Below, one piece after another: positions 19,138-28,610 of a stretch of 64,000 nt of DNA. The notes beneath the pieces are model-generated. The model saw only the letters and a program-made list of their open reading frames with translations, ran no database searches and was not told where the DNA came from. The DNA comes from Synechococcales cyanobacterium VAR_4_metabat_354 (GTDB lineage Bacteria > Cyanobacteriota > Cyanobacteriia > Cyanobacteriales > Chamaesiphonaceae). Within the stretch, counting starts at the first letter, position 1; every line of letters begins with the position of its first letter. Both the position numbers and the translations under genes were made by a program. Where the stretch lies: contig JANOQI010000062.1 in assembly GCA_031414775.1 (NCBI GenBank), positions 128,001-192,000 on the forward strand, given 5' to 3'.

Positions 19138-19965
19138 TTAGATAAAAAACAAGCTAACTGCCGTTCCAGTCAGGCAAATAAACCCTGCAATCCCCGCCAA
19201 CGGCTGCTGATACCAACCAACCAGCCACGGCGAGGCGGATTCTTGATAAGTAATTAACTGCGCCGCATCTAGGCAAGTCAAGCCCCACACCCAACCAGCA
19301 TGAAGTCCGATCGATAGCCCTAAACCACCATGGTCAGACACTCTGGCCAGAGTTAAAACACCCCCCATTAGGATCAAACCCGGAATTTGGGGCAGCGTTT
19401 GCTGTCGTTCCCACACCAAGTGCAGCAGAGCAAAAATCAAACTAGCCATTAATCCCGCTAACAACCCGTTATGGTCTGTGCCCAACTCCGTCTGCAAACA
19501 GCCCCGAAATATCAATTCCTCGGTCACGCCAATCCACAGCGCCAATAAAAGAATTGGCAAACCATTGACCAATAGTTGACGGTGATTCTCCGGGTGCCAG
19601 ACCATCCAGCCCTGACTCCATTCCCACCCAAAAACCACCATCAAACTCGCGATCGATAGCCCCAAACCCAGCAACACCGAGCCAGCCGCTGACAGATCTA
19701 GCACTAAGCCATAGTAATCCCAGCCTTTTCCCTGTGCCGCCAACAAACCCCACATCACTAAGGGTGATATCAAATACAACGGCCCCAACAGCGGTAACTT
19801 TTGAGCCGCCGTCAAGGGCTGAAAAGGTCGCCATTGCAATTTAAGCGCGATCGGAATGGCCACGGGCAACCATAAAAAAATCCAAGTACCAGAAAAAATC
19901 GCTAACCGTTGCCAGCTATTCTCCCTAGCAATTATTTGCATCCACCAGCCAATTATCCCTGACAT
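19138..19965 (-). CDS. CPBP (CAAX/Abi) intramembrane metalloprotease
   Basis: TEELIFRG, FALLH and GLHAGW motifs in a polytopic membrane protein. Confidence 0.9.
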   Translation of the reverse strand: MSGIIGWWMQIIARENSWQRLAIFSGTWIFLWLPVAIPIALKLQWRPFQPLTAAQKLPLLGPLYLISPLVMWGLLAAQGKGWDYYGLVLDLSAAGSVLLGLGLSIASLMVVFGWEWSQGWMVWHPENHRQLLVNGLPILLLALWIGVTEELIFRGCLQTELGTDHNGLLAGLMASLIFALLHLVWERQQTLPQIPGLILMGGVLTLARVSDHGGLGLSIGLHAGWVWGLTCLDAAQLITYQESASPWLVGWYQQPLAGIAGFICLTGTAVSLFFI

Positions 19966-20014
19966 GACATCACTTTGGTTTTTTTTGTCCAGTGTAACAA
20001 TATAGAATTAAGCC

Positions 20015-20308
20015 TCATTTCAGCGACTTCTTTTTCTCATGAATTTCTTGAGCAAAACCTAAGACCACTAAAATATTCCCGATCGATAGCACCGATTCCG
20101 CACTGCCATGCAGCCAATCCACATTCGCCAAGCTGGTCTTCAGCACTAACTCCGCATACAAACCCGCCGGAATCGTCACCGCCACAAATACCAGCGTCGT
20201 ATAAAACCCAATCAGCGACAGCTTCGGCGTTTGCCCAGACTTAGTTAAAAACCACAAAAAAGCCAAATAAGGAAACAGCGAAATTCCAAACAACGATTCC
20301 TTATTCAC
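20015..20308 (-). CDS. DUF3593-like membrane protein
   Basis: LFGISLFPYLAFLWFL...LANVDWLHGSAES. Start probably the GTG near 20308 overlapping the upstream stop. Confidence 0.75.
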   Translation of the reverse strand: MNKESLFGISLFPYLAFLWFLTKSGQTPKLSLIGFYTTLVFVAVTIPAGLYAELVLKTSLANVDWLHGSAESVLSIGNILVVLGFAQEIHEKKKSLK

Positions 20309-20609
20309 TAACTTGCTCCTGACTCTGCCGCCAAATCCACCAAGCCGCCGCACCCATCGTGGCATTCCCCATCAAAGTCGTAAACGCCTGCACCGTCACC
20401 AACCACTCCAGACTCAAGTCATTATCAAAAAAATGCCAAGTGCAAGCGCACATCGCACTGCCCAAGGCTGGTAGCATCCCCCAACATAATGCTCGCCAGT
20501 AGGGTCTATCAAAAACTGTACTATAAGTCCAAATCAGACTAATGGCTGTAATCCACTCCACAACGCTAGAAATATGAATAATCCAGGTTGGGATCGAAAG
20601 ACTATGCAT
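20301..20609 (-). CDS. Ycf49/DUF2499-like membrane protein
   Basis: MHSLSIPTWIIHISSVVEW, MLPALGSAMCACTWHFFDN. Confidence 0.85.
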   Translation of the reverse strand: MHSLSIPTWIIHISSVVEWITAISLIWTYSTVFDRPYWRALCWGMLPALGSAMCACTWHFFDNDLSLEWLVTVQAFTTLMGNATMGAAAWWIWRQSQEQVSE

Positions 20610-20782
20610 AAAACTCCACTAAGATTAAGGCTAAAAAATTTCCTGTTCACCGAATTCCATCCTAAATTAATACAGCTATCACCATCAATCCCAAGCACAA
20701 TAGTTTCGATATACCACCATTATAAAGATCAGACCCAATACAGGAGATCTTCTAAAATAGGAAAGAACCTAACCCCACCTTC

Positions 20783-22798
20783 ATGGAAGTCCCTTCTCTT
20801 CATCCCGATACCATCAAAGAAGTCAAAGCCAAGGCCGATATCTACGAAGTCGTGTCTTCCTATGTGGTACTAAAAAAACAGGGAAAAGACTACCAAGGAT
20901 TATGTCCCTTCCATCAAGAAAGGTCGCCCAGCTTCACCGTTAGCCCCAGTAAGCAAATGTATTACTGCTTTGGCTGCCAAGCAGGCGGCGGCGCAGTCAA
21001 TTTTTTGATGGAAGTCAATAAGCAATCCTTCACCGAAGTGATTCTAGACTTAGCCCGTCAATACCAGGTTTCGATCAAGACCCTCGCTCCCGAAAAACGC
21101 CAAGAACTCCAGCGCCAACTTACCGAACGCGAACAACTAGGCGAAGTAATGGCCGTGGCCGCTAATTTTTATCACCACACCCTATCCCAACAACAGGGAC
21201 AGGCCGCGTTAACTTATCTCAAAGACCAACGCCAATTGACGGCTGAGACCATTCAAGATTTTCAGCTGGGATACTCACCAGCAAGCTGGGATACCTTGTG
21301 TCAATATCTGACAGTCACCAAAAAGTTTCCCATCAAACTAGTGGAAGCAGCTGGATTGATTGTGCCCCGGAAGGAAGGAAGCGGCTACTACGACCGGTTT
21401 CGCGATAGGTTGATGATTCCGATCTGGGATATCAATGGCCGAGTAATTGCCTTTGGCGGACGCAGTTTGGGCGATCAGCAACCCAAGTATCTCAACTCCC
21501 CCGAAACACCGCTGTTCGATAAGGGCAAAATCCTCTATGGTCTCAATCTGGCTAAAGATGCCATTAAAAAAGAAGACCGCGCTGTAGTGGTGGAAGGCTA
21601 TTTTGATGTGATTGCCCTCCATGCTGCTGGCATCACCAATGCAGTAGCCTCCTTGGGCACGGCACTGAATAACTATCAAATCAAACAACTATTGCGTTTT
21701 ACTGATTCCAAACAGATTGTTTTTAACTTTGATGCCGACAAAGCCGGAACTTTGGCCACGGCCAGAGCGATCGAGGAAGTTGCCAATCTGGCCTACCAAG
21801 GTCAAGTCCAGTTGCGGGTTTTAGATCTACCGGCGGGGAAAGATGCCGATGAATTCCTGAAGGAAAATAGTAGTGATATTTATAGTGAAAGATTAGCCAA
21901 TGCGCCGTTGTGGCTGGACTGGCAGTTAGAAAAAGCGATTGTCGATCGAGACCTCCAAGATGCCCGTTTTTATCAGCAAGCGATGGAGGATAGTATCAGC
22001 CTGCTGCTGAAAATCACAGATACTAATGCCCGGAGTTTTTATCTGCAAAAAGCCGCGCAATTACTGAGTGGCCAAGATGTCCGTCAAATTCCGTTATTGG
22101 TAGAAAATTTAAATACTGAGCTAAAACGCAAGCAACGAGAAATCAAACCAGCTAAGTCCAATTATCAACCACCTGAAACCAGAGCTACCGCTGAATCTGA
22201 TTTCACATTTACCGCTGAGGATTTTGCACCGCCAGCTGGAGATGAAGTATTTGGTGGCGATACTCTAATACCAGCCCGATTATCACCACAACAGCGTTTG
22301 GTCGAGCAGGCCGAGGCCGTATTGCTGCGGCTCTATTTGCATTATCCAGAACATCGCCTCACGATTATCGATACTCTAGATCAGGCTGATTTGATTTTTA
22401 ACTTACCCCACCATCGCTTTATCTGGCAAAAAATTCTGGATGTTAGTGCCCTGGGCGATATCGATTACCTCGATCCCAATTTGGTTGGCCATTTGCAAGA
22501 TTTATATGGGAGTCATCGATCGGAGATAGCCCAGGTTAGTCATTTGTTTAATTTGGATGAAAGAACCGCCCAAGAAATTCAGCGATCGACCCTGGTAATT
22601 CGCGCTGCGGGGGCTTGCTTAGAGAAAGCTACTTGCGAACAGCAACGGAGCTATTATTTAGCCCAGTGGCAAAGCGCTGAAATGTCGCCAGAACGCAAGC
22701 AAGAATGCTATGAACTATTCTATGAAGCCCAACGAAAATTGGAATCGATCGAACAACAACGCTTGTTTACAATGACAGATTTAATCAGCTGTGAATAG
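20783..22798 (+). CDS. dnaG: DNA primase
   Basis: CPFH..C..C zinc finger, YDRFRDRLMIP, KYLNSPET, VEGYFDV and FDADKAG TOPRIM motifs. Confidence 0.97.
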   Translation: MEVPSLHPDTIKEVKAKADIYEVVSSYVVLKKQGKDYQGLCPFHQERSPSFTVSPSKQMYYCFGCQAGGGAVNFLMEVNKQSFTEVILDLARQYQVSIKTLAPEKRQELQRQLTEREQLGEVMAVAANFYHHTLSQQQGQAALTYLKDQRQLTAETIQDFQLGYSPASWDTLCQYLTVTKKFPIKLVEAAGLIVPRKEGSGYYDRFRDRLMIPIWDINGRVIAFGGRSLGDQQPKYLNSPETPLFDKGKILYGLNLAKDAIKKEDRAVVVEGYFDVIALHAAGITNAVASLGTALNNYQIKQLLRFTDSKQIVFNFDADKAGTLATARAIEEVANLAYQGQVQLRVLDLPAGKDADEFLKENSSDIYSERLANAPLWLDWQLEKAIVDRDLQDARFYQQAMEDSISLLLKITDTNARSFYLQKAAQLLSGQDVRQIPLLVENLNTELKRKQREIKPAKSNYQPPETRATAESDFTFTAEDFAPPAGDEVFGGDTLIPARLSPQQRLVEQAEAVLLRLYLHYPEHRLTIIDTLDQADLIFNLPHHRFIWQKILDVSALGDIDYLDPNLVGHLQDLYGSHRSEIAQVSHLFNLDERTAQEIQRSTLVIRAAGACLEKATCEQQRSYYLAQWQSAEMSPERKQECYELFYEAQRKLESIEQQRLFTMTDLISCE

Positions 22799-22863
22799 GA
22801 TTTATTTATCCTAATTGCTGCCTAAATCTTTGCTAAATTAGATGGTATCGATCGGAAATTTCT

Positions 22864-23004
22864 ATGAACAAGATTCATATCGCCATTGCTACCCACGACA
22901 TTGCCGCTTCTGTGGAAGATTATTCTCAACGCCTGGGATGTCCGTCTTGTGTTTTTGACCACTACAATAGATCACGAGTTAACTCAAAGATCTACTGTAG
23001 CTAG
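22864..23004 (+). pseudogene. truncated N-terminus of a VOC/glyoxalase-like gene
   Basis: Own translation MNKIHIAIATHDIAASVEDYSQRLGCPSCV... fits the H-x-A-I...D-I-x-x-S-x-x-x-Y..LG start of VOC-fold proteins, then runs into the 3' end of the convergent gene. Confidence 0.5.
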
Positions 23005-24103
23005 TTTCAGCAGTATTCACAAAAGTATCTTGATCGCGAATAATCGCTTGTGGCAAAAGATTTGCCGAGGCAGTTTTAATCCCCGGCATTTTTTTCACCG
23101 CCGTACCGATCGCCAAAAACTCAATCACCCCGCCGCCCAAGTTATAAACATAAGTCTTCACCCCCACCACTCGATCGGCACCACAACGTCGGGCATCTTC
23201 TTCAATATGCTTTAAAGCTTCAGTACGAGCTTCGTAGATCAAACTAGTTAGCTCCCTGATTTCACCCCGGACAAAAGATTTAAAGAACGAGGAAATCCCA
23301 CCAATCAGTCCTAACGAATAGACCGAAACACCCAGTACCAATTGCACGGGCATATACCCCAGATTAATCAAATTCCACATTTCTTCGTTAGTCAGGTCAC
23401 TAGTAATCGGCTGCTGTCGGTATGTGTCGGGTAACAAAGGATGGTGCGAGGCGGTACCAATCATCACCATTTCTTGCATTCCCGCAAACGGCAAAATAGA
23501 TGTCTTAATGCCGATCACTGCGTTTGCCCCTACCGCCTCAGCCTCGGCAGTAATTCGTTGAATGGCTAGATGACGAGTAGTGTTAAAAATGCGCGAAAAT
23601 TCTTTAATTTCGCCTCTAGCCAAGCTGCGCAAGCTACCCACAATGCCGCCGCCAAGTCCGATCGAATAGGCCACATTCCCAAAAACAAATTGCTTGGGGA
23701 CAAATCCGCAGTCTAGCTGGCAATAGAGAGCTTGGCCATCAGCAGCCGTAGAGAATTCTAACCGTTCTGATCGCACTTCATCGCGATGTATACAGGAGCC
23801 GATCGATAAAAATTCGACATTGGTGCCATGCACAATCAGTTCGCTAGAAACACCTGTAATTCCTACGCCACCATGCCGTTTAGCTTCTGCTACAATCCGG
23901 AAATAGGAGCGTTGTCGTCCCTCCGCAATAATCTTAGTTACTTGGCTAACCTCGCCCCCGACCAACGTGCGTAGCCCTGAGCCAATACTATTCAACAAGC
24001 CGAGTGAAATTACACTGTTGCCCACCACCAGATCGCCGGGAGTCAAGCCTTGCTGGTGCAAACAAAAAATCTCATTGCCAGATAGTCCAGTGATCATTGC
24101 CAT
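22979..24103 (-). CDS. protein with three tandem YbjQ/UPF0145 (heavy-metal-binding-like) domains
   Basis: Three repeats of S.GL.G.I...LRSL..GEI.E.S....R..A...I..EA...GA..V.G.KT. Confidence 0.8.
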   Translation of the reverse strand: MAMITGLSGNEIFCLHQQGLTPGDLVVGNSVISLGLLNSIGSGLRTLVGGEVSQVTKIIAEGRQRSYFRIVAEAKRHGGVGITGVSSELIVHGTNVEFLSIGSCIHRDEVRSERLEFSTAADGQALYCQLDCGFVPKQFVFGNVAYSIGLGGGIVGSLRSLARGEIKEFSRIFNTTRHLAIQRITAEAEAVGANAVIGIKTSILPFAGMQEMVMIGTASHHPLLPDTYRQQPITSDLTNEEMWNLINLGYMPVQLVLGVSVYSLGLIGGISSFFKSFVRGEIRELTSLIYEARTEALKHIEEDARRCGADRVVGVKTYVYNLGGGVIEFLAIGTAVKKMPGIKTASANLLPQAIIRDQDTFVNTAETSYSRSLS

Positions 24104-24150
24104 AAAATTATTTCCTGCGAAAATAGATTTTGTGCGAAAGTCAATTTAGT

Positions 24151-25542
24151 TTACCCACTCAGAGCTTGATAAAGCGATTGAAACTTGAGCTGAATCTCGG
24201 CCACCTCTCGATCGATCTCTGAACCAGCCACAATTCCCGCCCCCGCAAATAGCCGTGCCTGATTGCCGGTGACAATGGCGGATCTAATGCCCACCACTAG
24301 CTCACAATTCCCGTCAGTATCAATCCAACCAATTGGTGCGGCATACAGCGACCGAGCCACTGCTTCCCATGCTTGAATCTTTTGACAAGCCAAGTCACGC
24401 GGCAATCCGGCCACGGCGGGTGTAGGATGCAAAGCGGCTGCCACCGCCAAGGGATGTAGCGCCGCAGTGAGCGCCGCTTGAATCGGGGTCCAGACGTGCT
24501 GAATATTAGTAAGGGCTAGCAACTGCGGTTGTTTCCGCCAGCGCGGATTTAATCCCAACTGCTGCAAACTATTCACTATAAAATCACGCACCAATTGATG
24601 TTCGTGTTGCTCCTTCGGGCTGGCCAGTAGTTGCTGGGCTAACTGCTGATCCTCAGATGGCAACTGGCTGCGCGGTGCCGAACCCGCCAACGCATCACAA
24701 ACCAGTTGTCGATCGAACACACTCACTAACCGCTCCGGACTAGCTCCCAAAAAGCAGTTGCCCAAGCCATCATTAATGGCAAAGGTGTAACAGTCTGGAT
24801 GATTTTGGCGCAAGCTATCCAAACAACGCGGGATCGAAAAATCTTGGTTAGCATTAACCAGACAAGAATGAGCCAAGACAATTTTTTGGAGTTCTTGTCG
24901 ATCAATCGCCGCCAAGGACTTCGATATTGCCGTTTCTAATCGATCGATCGCCCCCACCTCGTTTTCCAAACAGACATCCGCCTGGTTAGTAACTAAACAA
25001 AGTCCGGCTAAATGGTTTAATTGAGCCAGCATGGCACTAATTTCCGCCGCCAATCTTAGCAGATCAGATGATCGATCCAGCTGGAGATTGACAACTAAAT
25101 TGCTAATACCTCGGTGACGGGATATTTGCCATTTGGGCAAGCAAATCTGGCTAGTCGCAAAAGGAATTGTCGCGGTGGGCGCATCAAAAAAGGGGAAGCG
25201 ACAATAAAAACGTGGTTTAGTAGAGCGCTCTGCACCAATTACATAAATATCATCACTAACTTGCTGGATAAATTCTTGCGCTTGGGCGAATCGATCGATA
25301 CCGCATACATCTTGAGTAATAGCCACATCCAACAAGGCAAATGATTGGTCACCGTGTTCCCAATAAAAATAGGGCTGACTGGTCTGGCTGAGAAATTGCA
25401 GCGCTACTAGCGGATCGACTTTGGTTAAAGGCAAAGCCAGACTGACCAATGGGTGATGACGGTTAGCATCCAGCAACTCAACAATCGCTTCGCAGCTATG
25501 ATACAAAAGTTGGCGGTGGGGAGTAACGGTCATGCTAACCAA
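24151..25542 (-). CDS. menF: isochorismate synthase
   Basis: KIVLA, FLGASPERL, ALAGSAPR, LHPTPAVAG, GIRSA, AGAGIV; divergent from menA. Confidence 0.92.
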   Translation of the reverse strand: MVSMTVTPHRQLLYHSCEAIVELLDANRHHPLVSLALPLTKVDPLVALQFLSQTSQPYFYWEHGDQSFALLDVAITQDVCGIDRFAQAQEFIQQVSDDIYVIGAERSTKPRFYCRFPFFDAPTATIPFATSQICLPKWQISRHRGISNLVVNLQLDRSSDLLRLAAEISAMLAQLNHLAGLCLVTNQADVCLENEVGAIDRLETAISKSLAAIDRQELQKIVLAHSCLVNANQDFSIPRCLDSLRQNHPDCYTFAINDGLGNCFLGASPERLVSVFDRQLVCDALAGSAPRSQLPSEDQQLAQQLLASPKEQHEHQLVRDFIVNSLQQLGLNPRWRKQPQLLALTNIQHVWTPIQAALTAALHPLAVAAALHPTPAVAGLPRDLACQKIQAWEAVARSLYAAPIGWIDTDGNCELVVGIRSAIVTGNQARLFAGAGIVAGSEIDREVAEIQLKFQSLYQALSG

Positions 25543-25733
25543 ATAAAGTTTTTTTAAGGTTTCTTCATGCTCACGAGAGCAAATAAGAAATTGTGATATA
25601 GCTAGTTAGGACTCTATTTAGATTGCATAAGAGCATTACAGGCTAAGGCTTCGCGCTTGCATTTTACTCTGTTGGCTATCGATCGATTATGAACAATTGT
25701 GAATCACAAATAGCTTAATTAATTCCTTACATT

Positions 25734-26645
25734 ATGACAACGGCAGAAGTAGTAAAGCAAGTAACCCCGTCGCGGCGCAAGCTCTGGCTCGCGGCGATCA
25801 AACCACCGATGTATACAGTGGCGGTGATTCCGATCTGGGTGGGTAGTGCGATCGCCATTGCCCAAACCAAAGAATTCCATGCTCACACCTTGGCCACCTT
25901 TTTGCTATCGGCGATCTCGATCGTGGCTTGGATTAATGTCAGCAATGACGTATTCGACTCCGATACCGGCATTGATCAGAACAAAGCTGAATCGGTCGTC
26001 AACCTGACCGGCAATCGCAACTTAATGTTCTGGCTGGGTAATCTGTTTTTGCTACTGGGCATCGGCGGCGTGTTATCAATCTGCTGGGGGCAGCAAGACT
26101 GGACAGTATTAGGAATTGTGTTGCTTTGCTGCTTCCTGGGTTATACCTACCAAGGACCGCCCTTTCGGTTAGGCTATTACGGTGTGGGAGAAATTATTTG
26201 CTTTGTTTGCTTTGGCCCACTGGCTTTGGCGGCGGCCTATTACAGCCAAGCACAGAGTTGGTCGGTGGTGAATATGGTGGCCAGCGTCATTATCGGCATC
26301 CTGACCAGTTTGATTTTGTTCTGCTCGCATTTCCATCAGGTGGCAGATGACTTAGCTGCTGGCAAAAAATCGCCGATTGTCCGCTTAGGTACTAAGTTGG
26401 GTGCTGATACGGTGGTATGGTTAGTGATCAGTATTTATGTGTTGGTGCTAGGTTCGATCGCGGCGAAGGTTTTTCCGCCAGCTACGCTCGGAATTTTGTT
26501 GGGACTACCGATCGCGATTCAGCTCTGTAATTTTGTCCGCACCAATCACGATCAGCCAGAAATTATTAGAACTTGCAAGTATCTGGCGGTGCGGCTACAT
26601 TTTGTGATCGGGCTGTTGCTGGGTTTAGGGTTTATTTGGGGCTGA
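25734..26645 (+). CDS. menA: DHNA phytyltransferase
   Basis: WLAAIKPPMY, NDVFDSDTGID, YQGPPFRLGY, SHFHQVADD. Confidence 0.93.
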   Translation: MTTAEVVKQVTPSRRKLWLAAIKPPMYTVAVIPIWVGSAIAIAQTKEFHAHTLATFLLSAISIVAWINVSNDVFDSDTGIDQNKAESVVNLTGNRNLMFWLGNLFLLLGIGGVLSICWGQQDWTVLGIVLLCCFLGYTYQGPPFRLGYYGVGEIICFVCFGPLALAAAYYSQAQSWSVVNMVASVIIGILTSLILFCSHFHQVADDLAAGKKSPIVRLGTKLGADTVVWLVISIYVLVLGSIAAKVFPPATLGILLGLPIAIQLCNFVRTNHDQPEIIRTCKYLAVRLHFVIGLLLGLGFIWG

Positions 26646-26651
26646 TTTTCA

Positions 26652-26807
26652 GTTATTCTGACGGCTCCAAGCCCAAGGCTTCTCGCAACATTGGTCGGCG
26701 GTGCATACGCCTTTGGCGGGGCTTTGCCCTACACGATCTCACTCGTCTTTCATCCCACCGCCAAGCGAGTACGCTATGGCAGGGGCATTCTCGTCTTTTT
26801 AGGTAAA
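26652..26807 (-). mobile_element. non-autonomous IS200/IS605-like end remnant
   Basis: Minus strand reads TTTAC, 16 nt, then an imperfect GC-rich hairpin GCCCCTGCCATAGCG-TACT-CGCTTGGCGGTGGG, bracketed by a direct repeat AAAGACGAG. No transposase ORF. Confidence 0.5.
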
Positions 26808-26823
26808 GAAGCTAAGAAAATAT

Positions 26824-26847
26824 CCGTCAACATTTGACGGGCTTTTT
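26824..26847. terminator. possible bidirectional terminator
   Basis: CCGTCAA-CAT-TTGACGG with A/T runs on both flanks, between convergent genes. Confidence 0.55.
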
Positions 26848-26866
26848 GATATTCAAGCAGAGTGGC

Positions 26867-27271
26867 TTATAAATTAGTGGAAATAGCTTGCACTGGGCAA
26901 GTCGGAATGCACTGCTCGCAGACAATACATTTAGACCGGGCAAAACCCAGCTTATAAGTCTCTGGCTCCAAATACAATGCCTCCGTCGGGCACACCCCAG
27001 TGCACAGACCACAATCGACACAAACATTTTCATCGATCGAGATTTCTCGATTGGTCATCCCCACCTGAATTCCCTGGGAGCGCATCCATTCGATCGATGC
27101 CTCTAGTTCATCAATATCGCCAGACAGTTCCACCACCAGCTTACCGATCTGGTTAGGAGCCACCTGCGCCCGAATAATATTGGCGGCGACATTAAAATCC
27201 TTAGCCAGTCGATAGGCGACCGGCATTTGGATCGCCCGCCGGGGAAAAGTTAGAGTGAGACGTTTTTTCAT
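26867..27271 (-). CDS. NIL-domain + 2x[4Fe-4S] ferredoxin protein
   Basis: N-terminal NIL-like (ANIIRA) domain; CVDCGLCTGVCP and CIVCEQCIPTCP. Confidence 0.92.
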   Translation of the reverse strand: MKKRLTLTFPRRAIQMPVAYRLAKDFNVAANIIRAQVAPNQIGKLVVELSGDIDELEASIEWMRSQGIQVGMTNREISIDENVCVDCGLCTGVCPTEALYLEPETYKLGFARSKCIVCEQCIPTCPVQAISTNL

Positions 27272-27393
27272 ACTTTACAGATGCACTGCCACCTCTCCAT
27301 TTTAGTCCTTCTGCCATGGAGCAAGTTAGAATTAATGCAGCTTTTGATTCTCTTCTAGAGACGCGGCGCGCTCACCTCACAATTCAATCACTC

Positions 27394-27990
27394 ATGGCTC
27401 AGGAAACATCCTCCGGCAATAAATTGCCCAATATTATCGTCGCTATTACGGCAATTGTACTGGCGATCGCTCTCTTCTTTGGCCTCAAAACTCAGCAAGG
27501 AGATGCAGCGCTAGCAGCCCAAGCCCAAGCCGCCACTCCCATCGAAGTAGCCCTAGCTAACGGCAAACCAACCCTGATGGAATTTTACGCTGACTGGTGT
27601 ACTAGTTGTCAGGCGATGGCTCCCAGCTTAGCCAAAGTCAAAAAAGACTATGCCCAGACAGTAAATTTTGCCATGCTGAACGTGGACAACACCAAGTGGT
27701 TACCCGAAATTGAGAAATATCGAGTCGATGGTATTCCGCACTTTATCTTTTTTGATCGACGCGGGGCAACGCTGGGTGAAGTAATTGGCGAACAGCCAGA
27801 CAGCGTGGTGCGATCGAGTCTGGATGAAATTATTGCTGATCGCATTAAACCCATCTCAGATGGTAATGCCGATGTCAACACGGCCATCCAACACGCTGAA
27901 GGTCAAACTTCCAAAATGTCCCCAGCTGCCCCTAATTCGCCCAAGTTCTCTGACCCACGCGGTCATGGTGCTCAGGTAAAGGCTAGCTAG
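27394..27990 (+). CDS. txlA: membrane-anchored thioredoxin-like protein (TxlA/HCF164 type)
   Basis: N-terminal TM helix, MEFYADWCTSCQAM, LNVDNTKW, VDGIPHF. Start taken at ATG 27394. Confidence 0.85.
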   Translation: MAQETSSGNKLPNIIVAITAIVLAIALFFGLKTQQGDAALAAQAQAATPIEVALANGKPTLMEFYADWCTSCQAMAPSLAKVKKDYAQTVNFAMLNVDNTKWLPEIEKYRVDGIPHFIFFDRRGATLGEVIGEQPDSVVRSSLDEIIADRIKPISDGNADVNTAIQHAEGQTSKMSPAAPNSPKFSDPRGHGAQVKAS

Positions 27991-28432
27991 CGTGAGCCAA
28001 CTCTCCGATAGACATCAACCTTCTAGCCAAGTCTAAGTCATAGGCAAACGGCGGGTGGATCGGTTGGTAATCTTTGGCGTTGGGAGTACCGTGATATTGA
28101 ACAGCATTGATGATCATGCATGGCTCAGAGCTGAGATTAATCGCAGCGTGGGGCACCATCGGCGGAATTGTCACGACCTGTGGATGGCGATCAGTGAGGG
28201 GAATATATTGGTACTGTCGATCGAGCAAAACTACCAAGACCATGCTGCCGCGCACTACCAAAAGCTGGTCGGTTTGATGGCGGTGGACAAACATGTCGTC
28301 GATACTATTAGGAGCAACCTGAACTAACATCGTTTCATCACTAGTTTGGGGAGTATAAAACTCCACCATGCCAGCCTTTACCGAAGACAAACTGCGTAAT
28401 TCAACAATTTTAGTAAGAGCCATAACTGGCAC
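27983..28432 (-). CDS. RmlC-like cupin protein
   Basis: FVHRHQTDQL and IPPMVPHAAIN cupin motifs. Confidence 0.8.
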   Translation of the reverse strand: MPVMALTKIVELRSLSSVKAGMVEFYTPQTSDETMLVQVAPNSIDDMFVHRHQTDQLLVVRGSMVLVVLLDRQYQYIPLTDRHPQVVTIPPMVPHAAINLSSEPCMIINAVQYHGTPNAKDYQPIHPPFAYDLDLARRLMSIGELAHAS

Positions 28433-28610
28433 CTCTTTTGTGATTAGGGCATTAACTAGCCATATCTATATGTTAGCGAGGGAAAATATAAAGTGTTGTT
28501 ACAATTACGACAAATAGTATCAAAATATGGGTTAGACCAGTAACTGATTTTCACCGTTGTCGTCGTCCATACAGTTTCCGAATTTGCTTAACGGATGAAT
28601 GGCCAAACCT

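Noticed and set aside
19138..19965. CPBP/Abi protease as a third gene of the ATPase-PIN module
   Set aside because: Co-oriented and only 28 nt from the longest ATPase ORF, but it has host-like GC and follows DUF2499/DUF3593, so it looks like the resident flank
26573..26806. 77-aa ORF over the menA end and the structured element
   Set aside because: Overlaps menA out of frame, has no recognisable motif, and is better explained by the non-coding element
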